DNA of 64,000 nucleotides from Candidatus Woesearchaeota archaeon (GCA_964622835.1 CAZUSA010000001.1:223468-287467), one strand, 5' to 3'; shown: positions 8,895-19,237, counted from the stretch's first letter. The notes: generated by a model not told the origin, from the letters alone. Translations and numbers: made by a program.

Positions 8895-9595
8895 AAGTTG
8901 TAACAAATAGAAAAGGGAAGAAGATATTGTGGCGTACGGGTGATTTACCTACAGAGGATGGGTTAATTACTGAAGCTGATGTAAAGAAGGGTGTAATAAC
9001 AACGAAGAAAAAGACTACGTGGTTTGCATTTGATGCGTCATTTGTTGATGCTGTTGAACAATGTAAAACAGGTCCTGCGACGATTAGTGCAAAAGATGTT
9101 GGTACCATTCTTGCACGAACAGGGTTAAATAAAAAAAGTAGGGTTGTTGATGCGGGCACGGGTTCGGGTATTTTGGCTGCGTATTTAGGTAATATTACTG
9201 ATGATGTTACAACGTATGAAAAAAGAAAGGAACATTATACCCTTGCAAAAAGTAATTTGAAAAAACTGAGGAGTCCTGTTATTGCAAAATGTGCTGATAT
9301 TACAAAGGGTATTGCAGAAAAAAAGGTGGATGTTATTATCTTAGATTTACCTGCACCGTGGGATGTGTTTTCCCATGTTGAAACATCCTTGAAGTCTGGT
9401 GGGTATTGTGTGTGTTATGTGCCTAATATGACCCAAGTACAAGAGATTGTACTCCAAGCAAAGAATCATCCTTTTTTAGTCCAAGATATCATTGAAACGA
9501 TGGAACGGCAGTGGACTATCAAGGGCAGAGTATGTCGTCCAGAGCATGATTCTTTAGGCCATACAGCCTTTCTTATCTTCATACGAAAATATTAA
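8891..9595 (+). CDS. trmI: tRNA (adenine-N1)-methyltransferase TrmI/Gcd14-like
   Basis: SAM motif VVDAGTGSGILAAYL...DVIILDLPAPWDVF and the C-terminal arrangement typical of the TrmI family. Confidence 0.6.
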   Translation: MKVVTNRKGKKILWRTGDLPTEDGLITEADVKKGVITTKKKTTWFAFDASFVDAVEQCKTGPATISAKDVGTILARTGLNKKSRVVDAGTGSGILAAYLGNITDDVTTYEKRKEHYTLAKSNLKKLRSPVIAKCADITKGIAEKKVDVIILDLPAPWDVFSHVETSLKSGGYCVCYVPNMTQVQEIVLQAKNHPFLVQDIIETMERQWTIKGRVCRPEHDSLGHTAFLIFIRKY

Positions 9596-9659
9596 TTACT
9601 AAAAAGTAATAACAAAGAGAATATTTATAAAGAGAAAGATCCTTCTAAAAATACTAAAA

Positions 9660-10055
9660 ATGACATTAGGAACCCACCCACACGATGACACTATCTACTT
9701 ATTAACCGAAGGTAGTTGGGGCACACTCATCCAACAAGGCCTCCCAACAATAAGTGGAAAGGTTTTGAAATCCGTTAGGGGAATGGCACAATTTTTACCA
9801 TATGTTGATGAAATATACACAGGCAACGATACACCTGGACTTAAACGAATGAAAACAGTTGGAACCCCTTTAACTGCCGAATTAAATGGTCATGGAGCTA
9901 TGTTCCATCCAAGATCAAAAGAAACACTACAAGGAATAATTAGAATGAGTAATATTGATACAAGAAGAGCACTTGCATTTAAACAAACACAACTAGATGA
10001 ACTTGAAAAAACGACACCAACAAGAGATAATACTGCATTATATCACACAGAATAA
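9660..10055 (+). CDS. hypothetical protein
   Basis: ORF preceded by a TTTATAAA box; atypical amino-acid composition; no homology recognised. Confidence 0.3.
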   Translation: MTLGTHPHDDTIYLLTEGSWGTLIQQGLPTISGKVLKSVRGMAQFLPYVDEIYTGNDTPGLKRMKTVGTPLTAELNGHGAMFHPRSKETLQGIIRMSNIDTRRALAFKQTQLDELEKTTPTRDNTALYHTE

Positions 10056-10149
10056 ACAAATAACAACCTTTAAAAATAATCAAATTGGTGATACATAATA
10101 ATAAACGTCTTACTTCTTACTATTATGTAACACTAAAAACTATAAGAAA

Positions 10150-10175
10150 ACCCTATTTAAAAGGGTTTCGGAGTA
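10150..10175 (+). promoter_or_regulatory. candidate promoter/RBS of the PIN-ATPase-KH gene
   Basis: CCCTATTTAAAAGGG (a TATA element embedded in a palindrome) followed by a GGAG RBS. Confidence 0.3.
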
Positions 10176-10181
10176 AAAAAT

Positions 10182-11984
10182 ATGAAAAATAAAAAAACAT
10201 TTGTTATAGATACATCTGCAATTATTGAAAAAATTCCAACGAATAAAATTCATAATAAATCAATCAAAGAAGGAATGATTATCATTCCACACGCCGTAGT
10301 AGCCGAACTAGAAAATCAGGCAAACCGCGGTAAAGAGATTGGTCTTATTGGATTGGAAGAATTACAAGAGTTGCAGACAATTACCAAGAAATCAAAAACG
10401 TTATCGTTAGATTTTGTTGGTGATAGACCATCAGAACATCAGATTCGTCATGCGAAATCTGGTGAAATTGATGCATATATACGCAGTTTAGCAGAACAAC
10501 ATGATGCAGTATTAATTACTGCTGACCGTGTGCAAGCTGAATCTGCAAAAGCATTAGACATTGAAGTCGACTTTGTTTCTATTGTTAAGTATGAAAAGGA
10601 GTTAACACTCCAAGAATATATTGATGATGAAACGATGTCATTGCATATTAAAGAAAATATGCCTATCATGGCAAAGAAAGGTCACCCAGGTGACTGGAAG
10701 TTAGTTGCTGTGTCTAAAAAAACATTTTCTGGTGAACAAATTCAAGAATTCGCTAAGGAAATCATTGAAAAGACACGCTTAGATCGTAATGCGTATACAG
10801 AAATTTCAAGAAAGTGCACGACAGTTGTACAATACAAAAAATTACGTATTGTTATTGTTCGTCCACCGGTCGCTGATGGTTGGGAAATTACTATTGTCCA
10901 TCCGTTAACGAAATTAGACTTAGACGCATATAATCTTCCTGAAAAGTTAGCTGATCGTGTTGAACATAAAGCTCGCGGTATTATTATCGCAGGTGAAACA
11001 GGTTCAGGTAAAACAACATTAGCACAAGCTATTGCTGAATGGTACGTAAAAGATAACCGCATTGTAAAAACAATTGAATCACCACGTGACTTACAATTGC
11101 CCGATGCGGTAACACAATACTCAAAGAATTTTACTGAACACGGTGAAATTCATGATATCTTGTTCTTATCACGTCCAGACAATATTTTGTTTGATGAAAT
11201 GCGTGCAACGCCTGACTTTGAATTATACACAGACTTACGTCTTGCTGGTTCAAATATGATTGGTGTCTTACACGCAGCTCAAGCTATTGACGCTGTACAG
11301 CGGTTCCTTGCACGATTAGATATTGGTGTCATTCCTAATGTGGTTGATACAATTATCTTTATGGCAGCAGGTGAAATCAAGAAAGTATTAACGTTACAGA
11401 TGTTGGTTAAAGTACCAAGTGGTATGACTGAAAGCGACCTTGCACGCCCTATTATTGAAGTGCGTGATCACGACACAAATACACTGGAGTATGAAATTTA
11501 CAGTTATGGTGAGCAAACAGTTGTTATCCCTGTACAATCAAATACGAAAAGTGTTGGCATGGCACAACTAGCAGCTAAAGAAATTGAGTCATATTTTCGT
11601 AAGAAAGTATCTCATGTAAAAGTAGACGTTGTGAGCCAAAATCGTGCAACCGTCTACATACCTGAAGAATCCATTTCTAAGGTTATTGGAAGTGCTGGTA
11701 AAAACATACAACAAAGTGAAGAAGATCTTGGTATTAGTCTTGACATTCAAGAGTTAAAAGAAGCAAAGAAAAATATTCCTTTTTCTCTTAAAGAAGATAA
11801 GAAGAATATTATTATCTATACTGATCCTGGACAAATGCTTGAAGTGTGGGCAAATGGTCAGTTTGTTGCTTCTGCTATTTCAAGTAAGAAAGGCGAAGTA
11901 AAACTGAGTAAGAAAAGTACGCAAGGACGTGATGTCTTACGTGCTATTAATAAACGAAAGAGTAAACTTGAAGTAAAAGCTTAA
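10182..11984 (+). CDS. PIN-domain / PilT-like ATPase / KH-domain protein (archaeal COG1855-type)
   Basis: N-terminal PIN (FVIDTSAII), Walker A GETGSGKTTLAQAIAEWY, C-terminal KH-like VYIPEESISKVIGSAGKNIQ; TATA and GGAG RBS upstream. Confidence 0.7.
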   Translation: MKNKKTFVIDTSAIIEKIPTNKIHNKSIKEGMIIIPHAVVAELENQANRGKEIGLIGLEELQELQTITKKSKTLSLDFVGDRPSEHQIRHAKSGEIDAYIRSLAEQHDAVLITADRVQAESAKALDIEVDFVSIVKYEKELTLQEYIDDETMSLHIKENMPIMAKKGHPGDWKLVAVSKKTFSGEQIQEFAKEIIEKTRLDRNAYTEISRKCTTVVQYKKLRIVIVRPPVADGWEITIVHPLTKLDLDAYNLPEKLADRVEHKARGIIIAGETGSGKTTLAQAIAEWYVKDNRIVKTIESPRDLQLPDAVTQYSKNFTEHGEIHDILFLSRPDNILFDEMRATPDFELYTDLRLAGSNMIGVLHAAQAIDAVQRFLARLDIGVIPNVVDTIIFMAAGEIKKVLTLQMLVKVPSGMTESDLARPIIEVRDHDTNTLEYEIYSYGEQTVVIPVQSNTKSVGMAQLAAKEIESYFRKKVSHVKVDVVSQNRATVYIPEESISKVIGSAGKNIQQSEEDLGISLDIQELKEAKKNIPFSLKEDKKNIIIYTDPGQMLEVWANGQFVASAISSKKGEVKLSKKSTQGRDVLRAINKRKSKLEVKA

Positions 11985-12010
11985 AAGTTTACGACCATGG
12001 ACATCATGGT

Positions 12011-12085
12011 GAGCCCGTAGCTCAGCTTGGATAGAGCGATACCCTCCTAAGGTATAGGTCCCAGGTTCAAATCCTGGCGGGCTCG
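12011..12085 (+). tRNA. tRNA-Arg (anticodon CCT)
   Basis: Acceptor GAGCCCG/CGGGCTC, D-arm GCTC..GAGC, anticodon stem ATACC/GGTAT with loop CTCCTAA, T-arm CCAGG-TTCAAAT-CCTGG. Confidence 0.85.
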
Positions 12086-12086
12086 T

Positions 12087-12488
12087 TTATGTTTCTGTAG
12101 GTGGTTCATCCTTTGGTAGATATGCAACAATATCAGGATCGTATTGTTTAACAAGATCAATAAGTTCGGGACTTGGCGGAGGGTCGGTGAATTCCCCCAA
12201 CAAACGACCAAGATGACTTAAGGAAATACTTGTATCAGCAGGGACAATTAGTGAATCACGCTTTGCATAAGGACCCCAAGAAGTAAGATTCTGAAGATAA
12301 CTAGCAAGAGCAATAGCAGATTTCCTTCCTAGCTTTTCATAAAGACTCTCTGCACAAGTAGTTAGATTTCTAAAACGGGTTTCGATAAGTTGTACTACAA
12401 GCCCACCTATTTCTGGCCCTATTCTAATTTGTTCGGCTGTAAGAAGATTATGGGATCGATGCGTAGGATAGTTTCTTCCTGGAACCAT
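12087..12488 (-). CDS. hypothetical protein (orphan ORF between two tRNA genes)
   Basis: 133-aa ORF filling the tRNA-Arg/tRNA-Gly gap; proline-rich C-terminus; no homology recognised; could be spurious. Confidence 0.3.
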   Translation of the reverse strand: MVPGRNYPTHRSHNLLTAEQIRIGPEIGGLVVQLIETRFRNLTTCAESLYEKLGRKSAIALASYLQNLTSWGPYAKRDSLIVPADTSISLSHLGRLLGEFTDPPPSPELIDLVKQYDPDIVAYLPKDEPPTET

Positions 12489-12571
12489 AATAGACCTATA
12501 AAAAAACTCATTAATAACAGTTACCTTTACAGAATAAGGCTTAAAAAGGATATAATTGATGGGTTTGTATT

Positions 12572-12646
12572 CGCGTCAGTCGTCTAATCTGGTTTAGGAT
12601 AAAAGCCTTCCAAGCTTTTGATGAGGGTTCAAATCCCTCCTGGCGC
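12572..12646 (+). tRNA. tRNA-Gly (anticodon TCC)
   Basis: Acceptor GCGTCAG/CTGGCGC (one G-U pair), anticodon stem AAAGC/GCTTT with loop CTTCCAA, T-arm GAGGG-TTCAAAT-CCCTC, discriminator A; the D-arm is slightly atypical. Confidence 0.65.
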
Positions 12647-12650
12647 ATAC

Positions 12651-13853
12651 TTATTTTTTCTTAATACGGTTAACACTTTCACGTAATTTGCGTTCTGCTG
12701 TTGTTTCATACGGCTTCTTTCTCGTACGGGTTGTTGGACGTTGTTTTCCTGTAACAGGTCGTTGTTGTGATTGTGGTTTACGTGCATCGGGTAGTCCTTG
12801 CCATCCTATACTGCCAACTGTTTTTGCGGATGATTTGTAGTGGTAGTAAAAGAATAATCCAATACCAACAAGAACAATAACAAGTGTGCCCATAACATAG
12901 AGTATGTTTTGCCCATTTTCTTCTTTGCAGTCTTCAGGACAACTGTTTTCTGTTTCTCCACGTGTTATATCACAAAAGTTGTTTGGACATAACGGTAAAG
13001 AATCAGATCCATCAGAAATACCATCATAATCTGTATCAAATGAGTTAGGGTCTGTTCCTTGTGCAAGTTCTTGTGTTAATGTTAAACCATCACCATCAAT
13101 ATCTGGATCATCATTGACCGGTCCTAAACATGCAACGGCACAGGGTCCACCACAATCAACACCATTTTCTTGTTGGTTTTGTATGTTGTCATGACATGTC
13201 GGACATGTCGGACAGTTAAATCCACCACAGTCACTTGTTATTCCATTACCTAAATCAATGGTTGTTTTTTCCTCATCTAGTTCTAAAATACCGTTAGTAC
13301 AAATATTACATGCATCACAAGACCCACCACAGTCAATACCTGTTTCGTTACCATCTTGTTTTCTATTGCTACAATGTATTGGCGTAACAACATCAGCTAT
13401 TGCACAACCATCATCAACGACACCATTACAATCATCATCGAAGCCATTACCAAACCCTTGCGATCCACATTTTTCTGTTGCTGCTGCTAATGTTGCGTTT
13501 AAACAAATACCAGACCATGTCCCATAGGTTGTACAATGTTCTGTACCAAAGACACAAATACCCTCTTCTATATCAGGTCCACATTCCTGTGTTTCTCCAA
13601 GATCACATTCACAACCGTTGTCTTTGACACCATCACAGTCATTGTCTAATTGGTCATCACAGACTTCTTCAATAGGGAGTATTTGACCAATACAAAAGCC
13701 CCATTGCCCATTGGTACAGTATTGTGTGCCTTTTTGACAGGTTCCTTGGGTGAATTCTCCACAGGGCCGTTTATCATTTTCCGTGCATGGTGCGGCTATG
13801 ACACTACCTGCTGTAAGAAGAAGTACAATAAATAATATAAGAGAAAATTTCAT
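12651..13853 (-). CDS. Cys-rich secreted/type-I membrane surface protein with DxDxDG-type calcium-binding-like repeats
   Basis: Signal MKFSLILFIVLLLTAGSVIA (start set at this Met directly abutting the upstream stop; ORF-track N-terminal extension rejected); about 40 Cys; repeats DDQLDNDCDGVKDNGC and FDDDCNGVVDDGC; C-terminal TM ILYVMGTLVIVLVGIGLFFYY plus a basic tail. Confidence 0.65.
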   Translation of the reverse strand: MKFSLILFIVLLLTAGSVIAAPCTENDKRPCGEFTQGTCQKGTQYCTNGQWGFCIGQILPIEEVCDDQLDNDCDGVKDNGCECDLGETQECGPDIEEGICVFGTEHCTTYGTWSGICLNATLAAATEKCGSQGFGNGFDDDCNGVVDDGCAIADVVTPIHCSNRKQDGNETGIDCGGSCDACNICTNGILELDEEKTTIDLGNGITSDCGGFNCPTCPTCHDNIQNQQENGVDCGGPCAVACLGPVNDDPDIDGDGLTLTQELAQGTDPNSFDTDYDGISDGSDSLPLCPNNFCDITRGETENSCPEDCKEENGQNILYVMGTLVIVLVGIGLFFYYHYKSSAKTVGSIGWQGLPDARKPQSQQRPVTGKQRPTTRTRKKPYETTAERKLRESVNRIKKK

Positions 13854-16489
13854 GGTGTTTTTTTTGCAGGTATTTTTTTTACGGGTTTTTTTGGTGTGAA
13901 GACTGCATTTATTTGCAGTTGTGTCCATCCTTGTTTCAAAAGAATATCTTTAACTTTTTGTGCTTGTGTGCCTGTGGCTAATGCTTTAGTAACGTAATCG
14001 CGAAGTGCTTTTTCATCTTTGGGTGTTGCAAACAAGGGTTTTTTCTCTGTCGTTCCTTTTGTTACTGGTTTTGTCCCATTACGTTTTTTCATAAATTTAA
14101 AGTATAATCCAATACCCACAATAAGTAGTACACCGATCAAGAAGACAATACCTATGCTTGTCCAATCAACTTTCTTTGCACAATCTTCTGGACACGTATT
14201 TTCATCTTCTAAGTAAAACTTGACACCATCTACTTCAAGGACTGCACATTTATTATCACCGCAAACAGGAACGGTTTCATAGTTAGATGTAACAACACCA
14301 CTCTTTGGTATGAGTATTGTTTTTAATTCGTTGAGTGCGGGAGCAACATTATCTTGGACAAAGTAGGTGAATGTTGTTCCACCAACACTTGTTACGTCTG
14401 TTCTAAAGAGGGCAACATTTGTTACTGGTGTTAATAAGGTAAAGCCTGTTTCGAAGGAAGCTTCGGTTGTAGGATTGGCAACAACAGCTTTTGGAACAAT
14501 TTCATAGACGTAATAGTTACTTCCTTGTCCTGCTATTGTCTTTTCAATAAGTGTTCCTTTAATGATTGTTCCATCAAACAATGTTATGATAATATAGCGT
14601 GCACGCCCAGTTACTTTGAATGATGCTTGATGATGATACGCAGCAGTTTGGGCTTCAGCACCACCAGCAACAATACCATCATGAATATCGCTAACGGTAG
14701 GTATAATGTGGTCGGTAAGGTCTCCTTGGACAACAATACTACTAGGAACGGTTTGCATGACAGCATCAAGGTCACTTGAAAGCGTATTTGTAAAGGCAGA
14801 CATTGCTGTAGCGTTTGTTGCTGCAAGACTATTTGCCGTGGCAGCATAGGAATTAAGACTTGCTAATGCTGAGGAAACAGGACTGGCAAAGTTGAAGTGT
14901 TGTAAGATATCACCATAGTTTTGTTGTTGGTTTTGTAAAAATAATTTATATTCTGTTATGAGTGCTTGCGCACTAGTAATATTAAGTGTTTGATTTCCTC
15001 CAAGCGCTAAATTAGGAACAATAATAACTTCTGTCGAATCACTTGATCCTGTTGATAAACTAAGAGTAAGGTTATATTCTGTTGTTGCTGTTTCTAATGG
15101 TGCGTAAAAAGAAAATCCTTCTGTTGTTAAAGGTAAAACAACATTATCTGATAAACCTGTTAAAGAAATATCATCAATGGTGTGTATTATTCCTTCACTT
15201 CCGGTTAAGGCCATGTAAAAATCATTTTTTGTTTTAGTAACACCGCTTGTTGTGTATTCGAGAGCCATATTTTGTAGAGAAACAACACCACCAGTATCAC
15301 TGCTTAAACGAACGGGAACAATACATCCTCCTTGAGCTACAGGAAGACAATTTTTTATCTCTGTATTAACATTGTCAATAAATGCTTGATAGGTGTTAAC
15401 CAGGCCTGACATAAAGTTTGCATTGGTATTTTCTAATGTTTCTGTGTAGGTGCCGCCTTTTACTTTAATAAAAAAGTCATCATTAGTGTAGGCTGTACAA
15501 TCATATTTGTCACCAGCCTCTGAACAAATAAATGCAGATGTTGGCCCTCCTTCTTCTACTTGGAGTTCTGCTTGTGTTGTTGTACCATCTCCATCAGCAA
15601 CATTTGAAAGACATGCAAGGAAGTTGCCTTCAAGAGCATAGCCTAGTTGCATAGGACAGGAAACTTCTACAAATGCATCAGTAGTGGAAGACGTAAGGGA
15701 ACAACTATACTGACCACCAACAGCTTTACAAGAAGTTGCACTGGTAAGACAACTAAAGGTTTCAAGTTGCAAGATTGTTGCTTCCATATCCGCACCAACG
15801 CCACTATCATTGAACTGTGCAGTAAGTTCAACATCCCGTGTATAGGGGAAGGCCATGTCCATGCAATAGTATGTTCGACTTGCAGCTGGTTCATCAAGGA
15901 TGGCAATGCTACTGTCTGCTTGTTCTGTTAATGTTGCTGGTAGAGTATAGGCACTTTCAAATCCAAGGAAGTTTCCAAAGTATTGCCATTCAATAATACC
16001 ATCATCCCCAATATCTAAGGATGGTAATGTGGGTGAGGGTGTTCCAAATCCTGCAATGGTAAAGTCTAAACTGGAAAGGGTATCTGTTGCTGTATCGACA
16101 CGTAAGTAAAAGAGTTGACTTCCTGAATCATTGAAAGGAAAATTTCCTGTTGTTGTAGGAAGTGATGGTGTTACTGTACCTCCGCTTGTATCATATGTAA
16201 TATTTTGTATCATCAGTAAGTGTGTAAGTAAGACTGATGTAGTGATACCGTCAAGATCAAAGGTAAGGGAAAGATCTGTTGATAATGTGTCAGAAATTTC
16301 AAGTTCAATATCAAAAAGAAAGGGCGAACCAGAGATAAACGTGGGCATTACTGTGCCATTAGTAGTATTATCATAGGGCAAATCAAAGGAAATATCTGTT
16401 ATTGGTATCACAGGACTTTCTGCTGCTACAAACACCAGACCAATAAGTAATCCAATGAGGAGAACGAATGTAAAACGTCTATGAATCAT
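13850..16489 (-). CDS. large Thr/Ser-rich secreted surface protein with C-terminal TM anchor
   Basis: Signal MIHRRFTFVLLIGLLIGLVFVAA; 879 aa rich in T/S/N with many sequons; C-terminal TM IGIVFLIGVLLIVGIGLYF followed by a lysine-rich tail; co-operonic with 12651..13853. Confidence 0.65.
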   Translation of the reverse strand: MIHRRFTFVLLIGLLIGLVFVAAESPVIPITDISFDLPYDNTTNGTVMPTFISGSPFLFDIELEISDTLSTDLSLTFDLDGITTSVLLTHLLMIQNITYDTSGGTVTPSLPTTTGNFPFNDSGSQLFYLRVDTATDTLSSLDFTIAGFGTPSPTLPSLDIGDDGIIEWQYFGNFLGFESAYTLPATLTEQADSSIAILDEPAASRTYYCMDMAFPYTRDVELTAQFNDSGVGADMEATILQLETFSCLTSATSCKAVGGQYSCSLTSSTTDAFVEVSCPMQLGYALEGNFLACLSNVADGDGTTTQAELQVEEGGPTSAFICSEAGDKYDCTAYTNDDFFIKVKGGTYTETLENTNANFMSGLVNTYQAFIDNVNTEIKNCLPVAQGGCIVPVRLSSDTGGVVSLQNMALEYTTSGVTKTKNDFYMALTGSEGIIHTIDDISLTGLSDNVVLPLTTEGFSFYAPLETATTEYNLTLSLSTGSSDSTEVIIVPNLALGGNQTLNITSAQALITEYKLFLQNQQQNYGDILQHFNFASPVSSALASLNSYAATANSLAATNATAMSAFTNTLSSDLDAVMQTVPSSIVVQGDLTDHIIPTVSDIHDGIVAGGAEAQTAAYHHQASFKVTGRARYIIITLFDGTIIKGTLIEKTIAGQGSNYYVYEIVPKAVVANPTTEASFETGFTLLTPVTNVALFRTDVTSVGGTTFTYFVQDNVAPALNELKTILIPKSGVVTSNYETVPVCGDNKCAVLEVDGVKFYLEDENTCPEDCAKKVDWTSIGIVFLIGVLLIVGIGLYFKFMKKRNGTKPVTKGTTEKKPLFATPKDEKALRDYVTKALATGTQAQKVKDILLKQGWTQLQINAVFTPKKPVKKIPAKKTP

Positions 16490-16614
16490 GAATCCCTCTT
16501 TTTATAGCACACTGTACCAACACCAATCCAAAAGCCCTTTTTAAACTATTTAAAAGTATTGTCCAAAAGAAGCGAACACAAAGGTTTTTAATGCGTTAAA
16601 CAGGGTGTGCAGTC

Positions 16615-17502
16615 ATGCAAGAAACGATAAAACGTCTGTTAGAAGATCGTCCAAAACAGATGATGATTATACCTATTGTACTCATGCTTCTTGCTCTTGG
16701 CTTTCTTTTAAGCGTTCAAAGTTCAACGGGTGAGTTAATACAGAAAGATGTTTCATTAAGTGGTGGTATGACGTTAACCGTGTACACTGATAATACAATT
16801 AATCTTGAAACATTACAAAGTAGTTTACAAGAGCATTTTGAGGAAGTTGTTATTCGAGCGTTATCCGAATTTGGTACTGATCGTACGATTGGGTTTGTTA
16901 TTGAAACAAGTGCAATGGATGAAGAGACCATGCGTTCAACAGTTCAAGAAAGTACAGGTATTATTTTAACGGAAGAGAACATGTCTATTGAAGTTGTCGG
17001 TTCTTCTTTGGGTGAATCCTTTTATGACCAGATGGTTCGTGCATTAGTGTTTGCTTTTATTTTTATGTCAGCAGCTATTTTTATTACATTTAGAAAGTGG
17101 GCACCTTCATTGGCTGTTGTTATTGTTGCTTTAGGTGATTTAGCAATTACTGTTGCTATTTTAAACATCATGGATGTTCGTATTTCTTCTGCTGGTATTG
17201 CTGCATTATTATTACTTATGGGATATTCTATTGATACAGATGTATTATTAACAACGCGTATACTGAAACGTCGTCAAGGAACTATTTTTGATGGTGTGTG
17301 GAGTTCTATGAAAACGGGATTAACCATGACTGCTACAACGATTGCTGCATTATTTGTTGCATATCTTGTTTCTTCTTCATTAGTATTAAAACAAATGTTT
17401 ATGATTATTATGATTGGACTGTTAGTTGATATTATCTTAACGTATTTGTTCAATGCACCGTTTTTGGCATTGTATGCGAAGAAGCAGGAGAGTGGCAAGT
17501 AA
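16615..17502 (+). CDS. secF: protein-export membrane protein SecF
   Basis: 295 aa with the SecF topology: N-terminal TM, periplasmic loop, then an LLLLMGYSIDTDVLLTTRIL-type TM bundle. Confidence 0.7.
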   Translation: MQETIKRLLEDRPKQMMIIPIVLMLLALGFLLSVQSSTGELIQKDVSLSGGMTLTVYTDNTINLETLQSSLQEHFEEVVIRALSEFGTDRTIGFVIETSAMDEETMRSTVQESTGIILTEENMSIEVVGSSLGESFYDQMVRALVFAFIFMSAAIFITFRKWAPSLAVVIVALGDLAITVAILNIMDVRISSAGIAALLLLMGYSIDTDVLLTTRILKRRQGTIFDGVWSSMKTGLTMTATTIAALFVAYLVSSSLVLKQMFMIIMIGLLVDIILTYLFNAPFLALYAKKQESGK

Positions 17503-17503
17503 C

Positions 17504-19237
17504 ATGGCTAAACTATTCAGTGCACGTGTATGGATTTTGATTGCTTTCTTATTTTTATCATTATTAGCTATTGATCCCTCACCGTTAGCTGCTGGTGTAG
17601 ATGTAAAAAGCGTTGAATCTGGAAAGGATGCTGCTATTCAAGGTATTGGTGTTGGGGAGAAAATTGAAAAGATTAATGGCGTTACTATAGGTGATTTGAC
17701 GGATTTTAAAGAGGCCATAGATAAGTTAATACCCAAATCACAAGAGATTACTGTTGGCACATCAGCAGGAACAATATCATATGAAATTACCACAGCAGTA
17801 GGGTTTAGTATTGGAACAAATAAAACAATCATTGCAGTAGAGGACTTTGCTAATGTTGAACAGGGTGCTATTCTTGAACATATTAATAATGAACCTATTG
17901 ATGGTATTGAATCATTAACCAAAGTTGAAAAAACATTAATTGAACGAACGAAAGTAACGATTATAACGGATGAAGCAGAATATATTTTCTTATCAACAGG
18001 AGATTTAGGTATCATAGCTGAGACTGCACAAACAAGTAATATTGAAAAAGGATTAGAATTACAAGGTGGAACACGTGTATTACTCAAACCAATTTCTGAA
18101 AACGAAGTAACCTTAGAAGATATTACAAATATTATTGATGTTATGAATAAGCGTATGAATGTGTATGGTCTTGCAGATATTAAAATTCGTTCAGCAAAAG
18201 ATTTAGATGGTGAATGGTTTATTCTTGTTGAAGTTGCTGGTGCAACACGTGAAGAAGTGCGTGAACTTATTTCAAAACAAGGTGTCTTCGAAGCAAAGAT
18301 TGGTGAAGATATTGTTTTCGAAGGTGGAAAACGTGACGTCCCCTATGTGTGTCGTGACGATGGTTCATGTGCAGTTATTGAATCATGTAATGAACAGTCT
18401 GGAAGTGCACAATGTCAATTCCGTTTTGCTATTACATTATCACCTGAAGCAGCAAAAAAACATGCAGTTATTACGGGTGCTCTTGAAGTAAATTATTCAG
18501 GAACAAATAGTTATTTATCAAAACCTCTTGATTTGTATCTTGATGGCACATTAGTTGATAGTTTATTCATTTCTGCTGATCTGCAAGGGAAGGAAGCAAC
18601 GCAGATTTCTATTTCAGGACCTGGATATGGTATTACTGAACAAGATGCGTATACAGATGCTATTGCAAGTATGAATAATCTCCAGACGATTTTAATTACT
18701 GGTTCATTACCCTTACAGTTAGAAATCGTAAAGATTGATACGATCAGTCCCGCTATGGGTAAAGAGTTCATTAATAATGCTATAACGGCTGGTTTACTGT
18801 CTATTCTTGTTGTCGCCTTAGTTATTTTTATTCGGTATAGACAATGGAAAATTGTTTTACCAGTTATTATTACAAGTATTTCTGAAGTAGTTATTATTTT
18901 AGGGTTTGCTGCTTTCGCACGATGGAATTTAGATCTTGCTGCCATTGCAGGAATTATTGCTGCTGTAGGAACCGGTGTTGATGATCAAATTGTTATTACA
19001 GATGAAGTATTGCAATCTCGCGAACACCAAATGAATTGGAAAGAAAAGATTAAACGTGCATTCTTTATTATTTTTAGTGCATATGCAACAACAGTTGTTG
19101 CTATGTTCCCCTTAATGTTTGCAGGTGCAGGATTAATCAAAGGTTTTGCATTAACAACAATCACCGGTATTACTATTGGCGTCTTCATTACACGTCCTGC
19201 GTTTGCTGCAATGATTGAAAAACTATTAAAAAAATGA
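17504..19237 (+). CDS. secD: protein-export membrane protein SecD
   Basis: Start at MAKLFSARVW just after the secF stop; large periplasmic domain followed by C-terminal TMs (GIIAAVGTGVDDQIVITDE is the SecD/F signature). Confidence 0.7.
   Translation: MAKLFSARVWILIAFLFLSLLAIDPSPLAAGVDVKSVESGKDAAIQGIGVGEKIEKINGVTIGDLTDFKEAIDKLIPKSQEITVGTSAGTISYEITTAVGFSIGTNKTIIAVEDFANVEQGAILEHINNEPIDGIESLTKVEKTLIERTKVTIITDEAEYIFLSTGDLGIIAETAQTSNIEKGLELQGGTRVLLKPISENEVTLEDITNIIDVMNKRMNVYGLADIKIRSAKDLDGEWFILVEVAGATREEVRELISKQGVFEAKIGEDIVFEGGKRDVPYVCRDDGSCAVIESCNEQSGSAQCQFRFAITLSPEAAKKHAVITGALEVNYSGTNSYLSKPLDLYLDGTLVDSLFISADLQGKEATQISISGPGYGITEQDAYTDAIASMNNLQTILITGSLPLQLEIVKIDTISPAMGKEFINNAITAGLLSILVVALVIFIRYRQWKIVLPVIITSISEVVIILGFAAFARWNLDLAAIAGIIAAVGTGVDDQIVITDEVLQSREHQMNWKEKIKRAFFIIFSAYATTVVAMFPLMFAGAGLIKGFALTTITGITIGVFITRPAFAAMIEKLLKK

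Noticed and set aside
9660-10055. Considered calling this ORF a horizontally acquired gene because of atypical composition
   Set aside because: There is no homology or domain evidence. It is kept only as a low-confidence hypothetical CDS
12086-12571. Possible SRP (7S) RNA or other structured ncRNA in the gap between tRNA-Arg and tRNA-Gly
   Set aside because: Neither strand contains the conserved helix-8 CAGG..CCGGAAGG.AGCAGC motif. Only a weak AGGAAGGAAAT resemblance was found
12651-13928. Long N-terminal extension (MDTTANKCSLHTKKTRKK...) of the Cys-rich protein ORF
   Set aside because: The extension overlaps the upstream gene's 3' end. The internal Met followed by a canonical signal peptide at 13853 directly abuts the upstream stop, so the shorter gene is preferred
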